In this document: piece by piece, positions 48,658 to 59,644 of the stretch
Position numbering within the stretch: the first letter of the stretch is position 1
How the letters are laid out: every line of letters begins with the position of its first letter
Source of the DNA: a virus
IMG/VR virus record: IMGVR_UViG_3300021185_001461
Coordinates: 1 to 64,000 of that record
DNA: 64,000 nucleotides
Strand: one strand, 5' to 3'
Translations under genes and position numbers: made by a program
The notes under the pieces: model-generated
Told to the model about the DNA's origin: nothing
The model's database searches: none
The model's input: the letters and a program-made list of their open reading frames with translations, nothing else

Positions 48658-50058
48658 TTATGACTTATTAGCTTTTATAAGTTCATCAATTTGTTTCTGT
48701 TGTTCTTTAATTGCTTCAATTAATAAGCCAACAACATTACCATATGCAACAGAGTGTACTCCTTGTTCATCTGTGTGTACTGCTTCCGGAAGTACTTCTT
48801 TGAGTTCTTGTGCAATAACACCAGTAGACGTAGATCCATCTTCTATACGATCAAATGTTACTCCTCGTAGTTGTTCTACTTTACCTACTGCATTGTCAAT
48901 TACTTGTACATTTGTTTTTAAACTATCATCTGAGTAAGCAGTAATATCAGCAGTTGCTAATATACTTCCTACAACATGTAGCACTTCTGTTGGACTACTT
49001 GTACCTAATCCAAGTTTACCATCATTTGCCATGTGCATTTTTGTAGTACCATTTTTCAATACTTGAATTAATTCACCAACATGTCCACTTGTACTGTTTA
49101 CATACAATGCTGCTGAGCCTGTACTACCTCCGCCTAAATTAGCTAATGCAGCCAGTCCATTTACTGACAATTTTGCTCCTGGACTAGTTGTTCCAATACC
49201 AGTGTTGCCACCTGTTGCAATGTACATGCGTGTATCAGCATTCTCTTTTAAACTAATACTACCGTTGCCTGCTGCACCCAAAATTAAGTGATCATCATTG
49301 CCGCGAACATATACACTATTATCACTGTCACTATTTGCACCCGATCCACTAGTGCCTAACTGTATTCTTGCATCAACTCCTGCTGTTAAATAAACATTGG
49401 CTGATACTGACAAATCACCTGTAAGTGTACCACCAGCTAGTGGTAGTTTTGCGGCAATACTGTTTGTAACAGTTGTACTAAAGTTAGCGTCATCTCCAAG
49501 TGCTGCAGCCAACTCATCTAGTGTGTTTAATGCCGAAGGAGCAGCACCTACTAGTTCATCAAATTTTAATTGTGCTCTTGCATCTGCTCTAGCATTTGTG
49601 TAATATAGATTAGTTGAACCTTCGCTTAAATTGTCTGTATTTTTAGTTGCAATCCTAGTATCAAAATCTGCATCTGCTCGTGTTGTTGTGTAGTAAAGGT
49701 TACTTGAACCTTCCGTTAAACTGTTTGTGTTGAAATTACTAATATCACTTACTTGTCCTGTTACATCACCTATTAGATCACCTGTGACTGTGTCTACTAT
49801 AAGATCACCTTTTACTAAACTTAAATCTGTAGCATCAATACTGTTAACTGAGCTTGAAGCTAAATTAATTGATTTTATTAAAAGAAAATCTTCTGTAGTA
49901 CTATCTTTAACAAGTCCTGTATATGATGTAGATCCTATTTTACCTAAAAATCCAACATCAACTGCTGTTGACCCATCTTTATTCAATATGAGAAGTGGGT
50001 CTGTTATTCCAACTTCTGTGCTGATTATATTAGTTGATTGTATTCCTCTAAATGCCAT
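48658..50058 (-). CDS. Tail fibre protein with S74 chaperone
   Basis: AYSDDSLK...GVIAQEL; GNTGIGTTSP repeats. Confidence 0.88.
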   Translation of the reverse strand: MAFRGIQSTNIISTEVGITDPLLILNKDGSTAVDVGFLGKIGSTSYTGLVKDSTTEDFLLIKSINLASSSVNSIDATDLSLVKGDLIVDTVTGDLIGDVTGQVSDISNFNTNSLTEGSSNLYYTTTRADADFDTRIATKNTDNLSEGSTNLYYTNARADARAQLKFDELVGAAPSALNTLDELAAALGDDANFSTTVTNSIAAKLPLAGGTLTGDLSVSANVYLTAGVDARIQLGTSGSGANSDSDNSVYVRGNDDHLILGAAGNGSISLKENADTRMYIATGGNTGIGTTSPGAKLSVNGLAALANLGGGSTGSAALYVNSTSGHVGELIQVLKNGTTKMHMANDGKLGLGTSSPTEVLHVVGSILATADITAYSDDSLKTNVQVIDNAVGKVEQLRGVTFDRIEDGSTSTGVIAQELKEVLPEAVHTDEQGVHSVAYGNVVGLLIEAIKEQQKQIDELIKANKS

Positions 50059-50127
50059 AATAGTAAATTCCTTTAATTATAGTAGTATTTATCAAATAAG
50101 AAGTTTTAACAGAAGTTTTAATCAGCC

Positions 50128-50160
50128 ATAAAAAAAGCAGGGCTTTCACCCTGCTTTTAA
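50128..50160. terminator. Rho-independent terminator
   Basis: AAAAAAGCAGGG-CTTTCA-CCCTGCTTTT. Confidence 0.8.
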
Positions 50161-50175
50161 TGTTAGTAAAACTAA

Positions 50176-51192
50176 TTACTTTTTAAGTTCTGCTACTTGA
50201 GCCGATAATTCCTTAACCGCTTCAATTAATAGACCTGTAATGTTTCCGTATGCTACTGAATGTAGACCTTCTGCATCTGTATGTACTGCTTCAGGAAGTA
50301 CTTCTTTAAGTTCCTGGGCAATAACACCTGTTGATACTGAACCGTCTGCAATTCTTTCAAATGTAACACCGCGAATTGCTTCAACTTTACCTAATGCACC
50401 GTCGATAACTTGAACGTTAGTTTTTAAGCTATCATCTGAATAAGCAATAATATCACCAGTTGCTGTAAAGCTACCAGTATATGAACCACTCATTGTAAAT
50501 TCAGTGCCACTTAACGTCAAGCCGTTACCAGCTGAGTAAGTTGTGTTGGCATCGTTTGCATCTGCATAGTTTTGAGCTGCTGTTTGAGCTGCCGCAATTG
50601 CTGATGTAACTGATGCTGCATAGTTGGCATCGTCACCTAGTGCCGCCGCAAGTTCATTTAGTGTATCAAGTGAACCTGGAGCTGAATCAACTAAGTTAGC
50701 TACCGCAGTATCAGTATAACCATTTGCTGCTGTCTCTGCCGCATCTGCTTTAGAACTTGCGTCTGCTGATGCAGTTGCTATTGCGTCTGCTTCGGCTGTA
50801 TCTGCATATGATTCCATAGCAGTTTGTAGGGCTGTGTTTGCACCTGCCGCCGTTGCTTCTGCTGCCGCCTGGGCTGCGTTTGCTTTAGATGTTGCATCTG
50901 TAGCCGCAGTTGCTATTGCATCTGCTTCGGCTGTATCTGCATAAGTTTGCAATGATGTTTGCAATGCAGTATCGGCGTTTGTTGCAGCCGTTCCTGCATC
51001 TGTTACGGCTTGTGCTGCCACTGTGTCTGCATAAGTCTTATTAGCTGCATCTGTACCAACAGTTGGTGTCGCGACTTGAATAACCTTGTTATCATCCATG
51101 TCAATTGTACCACCCATAGTCAAGTTAGCTAATAGCTCAGAAGCATCATCAGTTTTAAATCCACCGTCAATTATAAATTTTCTTTGTGCCAT
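50176..51192 (-). CDS. Ala-rich tail fibre protein with S74 chaperone
   Basis: YADTAEADAIATA repeats; AYSDDSLK; likely start MAQRK. Confidence 0.85.
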   Translation of the reverse strand: MAQRKFIIDGGFKTDDASELLANLTMGGTIDMDDNKVIQVATPTVGTDAANKTYADTVAAQAVTDAGTAATNADTALQTSLQTYADTAEADAIATAATDATSKANAAQAAAEATAAGANTALQTAMESYADTAEADAIATASADASSKADAAETAANGYTDTAVANLVDSAPGSLDTLNELAAALGDDANYAASVTSAIAAAQTAAQNYADANDANTTYSAGNGLTLSGTEFTMSGSYTGSFTATGDIIAYSDDSLKTNVQVIDGALGKVEAIRGVTFERIADGSVSTGVIAQELKEVLPEAVHTDAEGLHSVAYGNITGLLIEAVKELSAQVAELKK

Positions 51193-51334
51193 TTTATGAC
51201 TCCTTTTTTGCAAAAAAGTTATCAATACATAGAGTATCGATATTTATTTCTTTTCTTTAACTGTAAACTGCTAATATTTGCAGTTTCCAATTAATGGGAC
51301 GTTGCTTTCACAACGCCCCGAGTTTTTTTAGGTC

Positions 51335-53962
51335 TTAGACATCAATGTAAGTTGCAATAACTTTCACTGTGACTGAACCCGAAGTTGGTGTGTACTGAAG
51401 TAAAACATCGCTGCCCGACATAGTAACACTTGCATCACCCAATAAATCTGATCCGGTATAAACCATCGCATATTCAGTGATGTATGCATTTGTACCGTCG
51501 TGTACAACCAATGCTTCTCTTGTTTCGTAGTCGCCTGATCCATTATCTACTTGAATGATGTACTTAGCTGAACGGTATGTACCGCCTGCAAAAGTATCAA
51601 TAGTAGTTGAACCTGTTACAGATACATCTGAACCTTGTACATACGCTTTAACGCTTGCACCTAGTTTATCAGCTGTTACTGAAGCCGGTTGTAAGTATGG
51701 AACTGAAGCTACTGCTGGGTTAATTACAACTGCCTGTGTTCCTGATGGAATGTTTGACGTAAATGTAATTGATGAACCAGTAATAGTGTAGTGAGTTGTT
51801 GGATCCTGGATAACACCACCTACAAACACCATAGCATGACTCTGTGAGCCAGTAAAGCCTAGTGAGTAAGTTGCCGTACCCGCACCGTTTAATATTACAC
51901 GTTCTTGTGAACCCCATACAACTGTTGCTGGATCTTTAAGTTCCATAGCAGTTGAGCCAGTGTTAACTTGTAAAACATAACCTGCTTTACTTGTGTAATC
52001 GTTGTCTGTAACATCAGTTAATGTTAAGACTGTTGCTGCTGCATCACCAACGATCCATTTGCTGTTTACGGCATCATATTTCAGAACCTTATCAGCTGCT
52101 GCACCTGTTGTATCAACGTCTGAAAGATCGTCAATTGAAGCTGCTGCAATCTTTGTATCAAACATTGCTTCACCACGTGTTGATGTATAATATAAGTTAC
52201 TTGAACCTTCAGCAATATCATCAGTGTCTAACGCTGAGATTGTGCTGTTGATTGATGTAACTTCACCATCAACATAAGTTTTGTTAGTTGCATCGCCACC
52301 TGCTGCCGGAGCTGCAAGACCTGTAATTGAGTTTGAACCCATTGCGATGTCGCCAGTCATTGTTCCACCAGCTAGTGCTAACTTGCCTGCTAAAGATGTT
52401 GTCATTGTACCTGCGAAGTTGGCGTCATCACCTAGTGCTGCCGCTAATTCGTTCAATGTATCTAAAGCTGCTGGAGCTGAGTCAATAACTGCCTGTACTG
52501 CTGTATCAACATATGTTTCTGTTGCATATGAGTTACTAGAAAGGTAAGAGGCTACACGAGCATCTGTGAAGTATAAGTTACTTGAACCTTCAGATAGGTC
52601 GTCTGTATCAGCCGCCGCCATCTTAGTATCCCAATCTGCATCTTTATATGTTGTTACTGAGAATGCACCCGTAGTTGAGTTATATGATAAATCGCCAGAT
52701 GCACTTAAGGCACCTTTTGCTAAAGCTTCAACTTGTGAGTTAGTTCTTTGTGTGAATGACATAACACCAGTAGATGAGTTATATGATAAATCACCACCTG
52801 CACTTATGGCACCACGTGCTCTTGCATTCGTAAAGTACAGATTTCCTGCACCTTCTGAAATGTCATCTGAGTCAATTGCCGCAATCGCTGCCGCAAAGTC
52901 TGCCGAATCAAAGTGATCTGCAGTTGTAAATGTGTTGTTTGCACCATCCCAAACGATAGTATTACCGCCTGCGATTGATGAGATATCAACGTCTGCTAAG
53001 TCACCAACTGAAGCTGCTGCTATTCTGGCATCTGCTCTTGCGTTAGTGTAGTAAAGGTTACTTGAACCTTCTGACAGACCGTCTGTATCTGCTGCCGCGA
53101 ACTTAGTATCCCAAGCCGAGTTAGCTCTTGCGTCTGTGTAGTAAAGGTTAGTTGAACCTTCAGCTAAATCATCTGAATCAGATGCTGCCAACTGTGCGTC
53201 GAAACGTGCAGTTGTAAAGAAAAGGTTAGTTGAACCTTCAGCTAAGTCATCAGTGTCATGGTTAGCAATTGATGAAACTGTACCAGTTACATTACCAACT
53301 ACGTTACCAATTAATGAAGCTGCCGCAATATTTTCGCCGTCTGTTGACCAACGATCGTTTGTTTCGTCCCAGATAAACGACTTGTCGCCATCTGATCCAC
53401 GTACAACTTTAAGTCCAGCATCTACTGTACCTGATGTTGCGTCTTTGTTTAGTTCTAGAATGTTATCACCAATCTGAACTGTTGTTGAGTCAACTGATGT
53501 AGTTGTACCCTGAACTGTTAAGTTACCACCAACAATCATGTTGCCTGAAGCCGTTACTGTTGCTGCTGTAATGTCGTCTGTTGATAAAGTACCATCAACA
53601 GAAACGTTATTGAACGTTACGTTTGCTGTTGTGGCAACGTCCTGTCCAATAGAAATAGCACCAGATGATACTGTAACACCTGTTCCACCAGTAATATAAC
53701 CGTCTACTGCTGACTCAACACGTGCGTCAGTGTAGTATAAGTTACTTGAACCTTCTGAAATATCGTCAGTATCAAAGTTACCAATAAAGTTAGCAGAAGT
53801 GATCTTTTTCAAGGCACTGTTTGCTGAATCGTGAACTAGTAATTCGTCTGCACCGATAAGCGATGTAACCGCAGAGTGGCCTGAAACTGCTGTAACGTCT
53901 AGCTTGGCTGTGATAACTGCCTGATCTGCTAGAGCAGGAGTTTTAATTTGTCTAAAAGCCAT
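51335..53962 (-). CDS. Long tail fibre/virion structural protein
   Basis: About 7 copies of DD(I/L)xEGxxNLY(Y/F)T; LDTLNELAAALGDD; C-terminal YRSAKY domain; likely start MAFRQ. Confidence 0.8.
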   Translation of the reverse strand: MAFRQIKTPALADQAVITAKLDVTAVSGHSAVTSLIGADELLVHDSANSALKKITSANFIGNFDTDDISEGSSNLYYTDARVESAVDGYITGGTGVTVSSGAISIGQDVATTANVTFNNVSVDGTLSTDDITAATVTASGNMIVGGNLTVQGTTTSVDSTTVQIGDNILELNKDATSGTVDAGLKVVRGSDGDKSFIWDETNDRWSTDGENIAAASLIGNVVGNVTGTVSSIANHDTDDLAEGSTNLFFTTARFDAQLAASDSDDLAEGSTNLYYTDARANSAWDTKFAAADTDGLSEGSSNLYYTNARADARIAAASVGDLADVDISSIAGGNTIVWDGANNTFTTADHFDSADFAAAIAAIDSDDISEGAGNLYFTNARARGAISAGGDLSYNSSTGVMSFTQRTNSQVEALAKGALSASGDLSYNSTTGAFSVTTYKDADWDTKMAAADTDDLSEGSSNLYFTDARVASYLSSNSYATETYVDTAVQAVIDSAPAALDTLNELAAALGDDANFAGTMTTSLAGKLALAGGTMTGDIAMGSNSITGLAAPAAGGDATNKTYVDGEVTSINSTISALDTDDIAEGSSNLYYTSTRGEAMFDTKIAAASIDDLSDVDTTGAAADKVLKYDAVNSKWIVGDAAATVLTLTDVTDNDYTSKAGYVLQVNTGSTAMELKDPATVVWGSQERVILNGAGTATYSLGFTGSQSHAMVFVGGVIQDPTTHYTITGSSITFTSNIPSGTQAVVINPAVASVPYLQPASVTADKLGASVKAYVQGSDVSVTGSTTIDTFAGGTYRSAKYIIQVDNGSGDYETREALVVHDGTNAYITEYAMVYTGSDLLGDASVTMSGSDVLLQYTPTSGSVTVKVIATYIDV

Positions 53963-54135
53963 ATAGATTTCTCCAATCAAATATATTTGATTTCCCTATA
54001 ATCTTTATAAGGAAAGGTCAACTGCGGTATATGAACTCCGCAATTAACACACAGGTAAGTACCCGTGCAATGTATTTAGCTTTATCTGACTGGAATTAAG
54101 TTATTTGTGAACTCTGATTTTAAAAAAATATTTCC

Positions 54136-55650
54136 TTAAATTGGGAAATATCTAAAGTCAACTGTTGAACTAGTTGACGGAGCAGTTGTAAATGTTAAAG
54201 TTGTACCACTAATACTATATTCAGTTGGTTGCAAAATTAATCCATCTACTATGGCTAATACGCTATCAACTGTGTGTCCAGTTGGAATAGTATATTGCGT
54301 TGTAGTATTGTCTCCTGTATACTGGTTACTAGTATATATCAAATCTAAGTGTTGGTTTTCTACAGAGTTATTCACTAAACTTACATTTGTTGCATTTGGA
54401 TATCTATACTTAACATAAATCTCATCATTATTAGCAGGAGTCTCATTGAATGATAATGTTGTTCCACTTAACGAGTATATACTAGGACGTTGCAAAACAT
54501 CATTTACATAAACGTCTATAGATTCTTCATCTGCTGGCGAGTCTGTTAATGTGTAATCAACTGTTGATCCATCTCCTGTAAATTCTTGAGAAGCAGGAAT
54601 TGAATTAGATGTAATACTATTATCTGTAAACGAGAAATTACCATTACCATCTGTTTGTAATACTTGACCAACTGTACCATCACTTATACCAAGGTCTAAT
54701 AAATCACTAATATCACTAGCAATTGTTATTCCTTTGGAACCAGTAGTAGTAACTGGAGTAAGTGTAATATTATTACCAGCACGTATATCAATTTCGTCAA
54801 CTGCACTTGCAACAATATCAGTTGGTGTTGTATCACTAACTGTATCGTAAACATGCCACGTTTTAAACGTTGACTCAAGTGTAATTGTAACTGTACCATC
54901 ACTGTTGTCTGTTAATGCAAAACCACCATCGACATCAAATTTTAGTCCTGTTACATCTGATACACTTACGTTTGATGTTGGATCATTTATTTCTTCAACT
55001 GATAATGACGGTAGATTATTTACAATTTCTGTAAACGAGTCTAATGCTGCTGGATCTGTGTTTGATATTATATTAGCTACATCTGTTTGTAATGCAGTAA
55101 TGTCAGCGGATACACTCGATGATGCAGTACCTTTAGTTCCAGAATATGTTGCACCAGATATATAAACACTCTTACCTGAGAAGTTTACACCATCCGGTAA
55201 GTTTGTGCCAATAAAGTTTAATACACCTGACTGATAATCAAAGAACCATTCGTCATTGTTACCACTACCAGTTGTAAAAACTTTGTTAGATAATGACTCA
55301 GCACCTGCGGCATCACCGCTGGTATGAATATAAACATTTACAAGATATGTTGCACCAAATTCAGTTGGAATCCAATCTGTTACTCCTGTTTTCCAAGTTC
55401 TATTAGTACTTGCAGTAATATCAGCAGTTGCTTCAACAGCCGTTTGTATTGTTACTGGGCTTGTTGTAGTACTGGGCTTAACTGAAGGAATACTACCAGA
55501 TTCTGCCCAAATTGTATCACCACGTATTAATAACGGACTTGGTAAACTTTCGTTGGCAGCAAGTTTGTTAGAATTAGTATCAGTTTTGGTTGCACCAAAA
55601 CCAACTTTCTTAAATAGATAGTCTAACTTTTGATTATCGGAAATTGCCAT
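54136..55650 (-). CDS. Virion structural (baseplate/fibre) protein
   Basis: EWFFDYQSGVLNF; repeated GDG.T..YTL...V.V..VLQ.P..YS.SGTTL.F...P domains. Confidence 0.7.
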   Translation of the reverse strand: MAISDNQKLDYLFKKVGFGATKTDTNSNKLAANESLPSPLLIRGDTIWAESGSIPSVKPSTTTSPVTIQTAVEATADITASTNRTWKTGVTDWIPTEFGATYLVNVYIHTSGDAAGAESLSNKVFTTGSGNNDEWFFDYQSGVLNFIGTNLPDGVNFSGKSVYISGATYSGTKGTASSSVSADITALQTDVANIISNTDPAALDSFTEIVNNLPSLSVEEINDPTSNVSVSDVTGLKFDVDGGFALTDNSDGTVTITLESTFKTWHVYDTVSDTTPTDIVASAVDEIDIRAGNNITLTPVTTTGSKGITIASDISDLLDLGISDGTVGQVLQTDGNGNFSFTDNSITSNSIPASQEFTGDGSTVDYTLTDSPADEESIDVYVNDVLQRPSIYSLSGTTLSFNETPANNDEIYVKYRYPNATNVSLVNNSVENQHLDLIYTSNQYTGDNTTTQYTIPTGHTVDSVLAIVDGLILQPTEYSISGTTLTFTTAPSTSSTVDFRYFPI

Positions 55651-58600
55651 TAACTAGTCTCCCCGATAGATATGCTTGTAATTTGCTTACCGCTTGCTAG
55701 TGCTACTCTAACTAACACAACATTGTTTGTTGCATTACTCATATTTTCACTACCTAGTGTCATTGTATAACTTGAATTAATACTTGAACCTGTTGGTACT
55801 GTGTCTGAACCTGTTAACGCACAACCATCACTTCCGTTACCTCCGTTTCCAGTATCACTACCTGGAACACCTGCACCAGCATATTGACTTGTACAGTCTA
55901 GCCAGCCATTTAATCCACTTGCAGTATCAACACCAGTACCTGGTGCTGCAATCCATAGTCCTGCAATACCCGTACTGTTTATACTGATATTAAAGTTAGC
56001 AACAACTTGTCTTCGGAAAGCAAAAGTAAAATACTGTGTTCCAGTATCTGAGCTTCTATCAGGACCTACTGGTAGATAGCCTGTACTATAATCAGTAGTA
56101 TCATGTTTTAGTACACCCCAACGTACAGTTGCTTCTTGTGTTCCACTTACACTAATTGCACCAGTGAATGGTGTAGAAATATAATTAGTAGAACTTGATA
56201 TTGCTGGAGTATCTGTAGTAGAAGATATAAAGTCAGCAACACGAATTCCGTCATCAGTAATTACACCGTTACCTAATCCACTTGCTACAGGTATATCGTC
56301 CTCTAAAACACCCGTAGGATTAGCAGTATGCACCTGTACAGCGGTGTTTGTTAGTTCTGCATAGTTTGAGCTACCATTTACATTATTCGCTTTAAATTTA
56401 AGCGTTTCGACTGCTTTAACACTACTTGTAGTAATGTTAATTGTTTGGTCTGCTAATGCATATGACGAACCAAATCCAGTATTAGCATTTGGTATACCTG
56501 ATGTTAAATAAGAAACTGCTTCTAGGTCTGCATATCCTTTATACTGTGTACTAATAGTAGCACCGCTTGTGCTTTCTGAATTATTACCGTTAGCAATTTC
56601 AAATACATTGTTTGTATCTCTATATGCTTGTCCAATCCAGTTAGAAAGTGATGCACCACTTAGTGTGAGTTGTGGGTTTCCTGTGTTGTAGTATGGAATT
56701 CCAGATATATATCTGTAACTACCTGCGGTGCTTTCTGTCAAAGTAGCACTTGCTAAGTCAATAGTAGGAACGCTAGTTAAGTCATCACAAATAACTGTCA
56801 CGTAGTTAGTATTGCCTGTTGCATTGTGCTCTATTCTTTGATCGTTAACACCTGTTGAATATTCAGCAAATGGTTTAGTAATTTTTGCATCGAATGTTTG
56901 ATAAAAACCTGTAGGATAAGTTGAAGAACTTATACTATCATTTGCATCTCTTTGATCACTAATTACCAAGCTGTCAAAAGTACCGTTTTCATTTAAGGAA
57001 GTAGTAAACGCTTTTGAACCATCTGCTGAACCGTTAACGATTGCAGTTGCAGTACCACTTAAACCATTATATACATTTTGTGCAATGCTGGTGTCAATAG
57101 TACCGTTAGTATATCGTCTTTCGGTATTTGTTTTTAAACTTGCTCCAGCCGAGACTGGTGATGTTGCACTATTATCAGTAAAGTTATTGGCTAGTTTAGG
57201 ATCAATACCCTGTGCGGAATCAGTAAGTGTAATTGTTTTTGTACTTAATCCGCCTGGTGCGTTTGGCACTGCATTAACTTGAAAAGTTAAGCTGGCCGAA
57301 TCTGTTTGAGCTGTTATATCTGGAGTACCTGTTGCAGTAAAATCTAATTGATAGTTACCAGGTGTTACTCCTGTAAAATCATGTTGGACACTGTTTAGTC
57401 CTGCTTCATTGTCATTAGCACTGCCATCGTTCCAATCGTATTCATGATTGTCACCATTTTCACTTGTGTTGTTTACAGTAACTAATGCTCTGTTTACGCC
57501 GTTATAATCTACGCCATCATAAACATCATATATGTTATCGCCGTTACGGTCTGAAACTGTATCAGCACTACCTGAGATGTTAGCTCTAACATCTGGTTCT
57601 ACATGAATTACAAAGTCTGTACTTTCAAAAGGACTGCTAGTGTGATTACTTACAACTTGTAAGTTACCTGTATAATCTGCTGGCGTACTATTATTTGAAA
57701 GTGTGTACTTGTGTGTTATTGTTCTTCCGGTATCACCGCTTTGATTACTTCCTGCGTTTACTGTTGTAATTGTTCCATCACCAAAATCCCATCTATAAGT
57801 TGTTCCATATGTACTGTAACTTCCTATAGTATTTTCAGTGTTGTTAGTAAATGTTACTGTTAATCCTGCATTTGATTCTTCATTAATACCTGTTGTAATA
57901 TTTGAAGTAGTATCAGGTGTATGGTCATCATATATTTTATACGAAGCATCATCATCAAGTGGGAGTATTGATGGCGTAGCTGTGCTATGACTGTCTAATG
58001 TTAGTGTAACGGTTCTTTGTACTTCTGCTTCTGTACTAAGAGCAAACGTGTGAGACAATCGTCCTCCGCCTACACCGCCTGCTACACTATCGCTATTAAT
58101 AACATCATCTGCGGAACCATCACCCCAATCCCATGTGTATTGAATTACTGCTCCTGATGTGTTAGTTGTTGTATTTTCGAAATAGACAGTATCGCCATCA
58201 TCCCAATATGTAATTGCGTTGCCACCAGTTGGTGCATCGTATACTACAAATGAAACTGCTGGATCGCCTGTAAAAATTGTTATATAATCTTCTCTTATTT
58301 TAGTAGAAGTTGAACCTGTTCCAGATCCATTATTATTAAAAGCCGTTACTGTTACATCAAACGGGCTTCCTGTGTTAGTTGAATAGGTATGAGTTGGAGT
58401 TGAATCTGTTGTTGCAGTTGTTGAGGAACCATCGCCCCAATTAATAGTATATCTGTTTGGATTTCCGTCAGCAGTAATAGTAAGAGTAGAAGTTAGACCT
58501 GCGCCGCCTGTAACAATGTTAGCAGTAAAATCAACGCCTTTAACAAATGTATTATTCTGTACGTTTAGAAGTGCTTCGTTAATATCATCAATAGCATCAC

Positions 58601-58868
58601 CTACTGTTGTAGTACTTAACCATCCTTCAATTGCACCGTCTGTCCAACTACTGTCTGAACTTACACCTAATGTTAAATCAATAGCATTACTACCACCACT
58701 ATTTGCTTCTAGGTATGCTTTTGTTACAAGATCTTGTTGATCTACTGGATCAGATGCGTTTTTAACAATCTTCGCTGAAACATCAATATTACTTGTGGAT
58801 CCTGCATCTAATATTAGGTCAGATTCTGATTTAATTTTATCTGCCTGATGATTTATGTTTATAGCCAA
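55650..58868 (-). CDS. PKD-domain virion structural protein (TTG start)
   Basis: INWGDG, WDWGDG, WDFGDG, YDWNDG PKD signatures; GAGGA RBS. Confidence 0.8.
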   Translation of the reverse strand: MAININHQADKIKSESDLILDAGSTSNIDVSAKIVKNASDPVDQQDLVTKAYLEANSGGSNAIDLTLGVSSDSSWTDGAIEGWLSTTTVGDAIDDINEALLNVQNNTFVKGVDFTANIVTGGAGLTSTLTITADGNPNRYTINWGDGSSTTATTDSTPTHTYSTNTGSPFDVTVTAFNNNGSGTGSTSTKIREDYITIFTGDPAVSFVVYDAPTGGNAITYWDDGDTVYFENTTTNTSGAVIQYTWDWGDGSADDVINSDSVAGGVGGGRLSHTFALSTEAEVQRTVTLTLDSHSTATPSILPLDDDASYKIYDDHTPDTTSNITTGINEESNAGLTVTFTNNTENTIGSYSTYGTTYRWDFGDGTITTVNAGSNQSGDTGRTITHKYTLSNNSTPADYTGNLQVVSNHTSSPFESTDFVIHVEPDVRANISGSADTVSDRNGDNIYDVYDGVDYNGVNRALVTVNNTSENGDNHEYDWNDGSANDNEAGLNSVQHDFTGVTPGNYQLDFTATGTPDITAQTDSASLTFQVNAVPNAPGGLSTKTITLTDSAQGIDPKLANNFTDNSATSPVSAGASLKTNTERRYTNGTIDTSIAQNVYNGLSGTATAIVNGSADGSKAFTTSLNENGTFDSLVISDQRDANDSISSSTYPTGFYQTFDAKITKPFAEYSTGVNDQRIEHNATGNTNYVTVICDDLTSVPTIDLASATLTESTAGSYRYISGIPYYNTGNPQLTLSGASLSNWIGQAYRDTNNVFEIANGNNSESTSGATISTQYKGYADLEAVSYLTSGIPNANTGFGSSYALADQTINITTSSVKAVETLKFKANNVNGSSNYAELTNTAVQVHTANPTGVLEDDIPVASGLGNGVITDDGIRVADFISSTTDTPAISSSTNYISTPFTGAISVSGTQEATVRWGVLKHDTTDYSTGYLPVGPDRSSDTGTQYFTFAFRRQVVANFNISINSTGIAGLWIAAPGTGVDTASGLNGWLDCTSQYAGAGVPGSDTGNGGNGSDGCALTGSDTVPTGSSINSSYTMTLGSENMSNATNNVVLVRVALASGKQITSISIGETS

Positions 58869-58939
58869 CTTCTTCTATTCCTCACAATTTCGCTTCGCTC
58901 TTGCGTTTTTGTATTTATTTTGTTTTTTCTAGCTTTGCT

Positions 58940-59539
58940 TTATGCTATGCTAGAACCATAAACAGAAAGAATAGACCAACCAGAACTTGTATAAATTAAA
59001 TCTATACTTTGTCCTGCTGTTGTAAAAGATATTGTATTAAAACCATTTGCAGTATCCGGTGTTACAACTACTGTACCACTTGGTGCTGATATAACAACTA
59101 TTGTTTTTCTTTCACCTACTTCTCCATTTGCTAAACTTAATGCCAAATCAGTACTTACATCTATATACAACATTCCTGTTGTGCTAGAAGATGCTGAGTT
59201 TGTTACTGATTGCGGTATTGTTACTGCTTTTTGAGAATAAGATGTATTCCAAGGTTTTATAGTGCTACCTATGTTATATATGATCCCAGAGGCTGTGTTT
59301 GGAATAACATGGCTGCTTATATTGGCATTTATTGCCAATGAGCCTCCTCCATTGCCTAGTGATATAACATCTCCGTTTACTAAAAGAGTTCCACCTACAT
59401 ACATATTTCCTGATGTATAATGGCCTCCTTTAATATGAAGTGCTGCACCTACTGGATCAACAGGAGATACGCTAACGTCTAATGCATTAGTGCTTTCAAT
59501 TACTAGTGTTCCAGAATCTGGGTTAATGTGTGATGACAT
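58940..59539 (-). CDS. Virion structural/fibre-like protein
   Basis: 199 aa Ser/Gly/Thr-rich; late promoter upstream. Confidence 0.6.
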   Translation of the reverse strand: MSSHINPDSGTLVIESTNALDVSVSPVDPVGAALHIKGGHYTSGNMYVGGTLLVNGDVISLGNGGGSLAINANISSHVIPNTASGIIYNIGSTIKPWNTSYSQKAVTIPQSVTNSASSSTTGMLYIDVSTDLALSLANGEVGERKTIVVISAPSGTVVVTPDTANGFNTISFTTAGQSIDLIYTSSGWSILSVYGSSIA

Positions 59540-59644
59540 AATACTTTTTCCTACTACTTCCTATTATTATATATGTATTTATCAAAGACAGAGAGTTTTT
59601 GCTGCTCAAAGAAAAAGACGCTCTAAAGCGCCTTTTAAAAAATA

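Noticed and set aside
47286-53962. Diversity-generating retroelement in the tail-fibre repeats
   Set aside because: No reverse transcriptase in the window; all repeats are coding, and no non-coding TR with adenine-specific differences was seen
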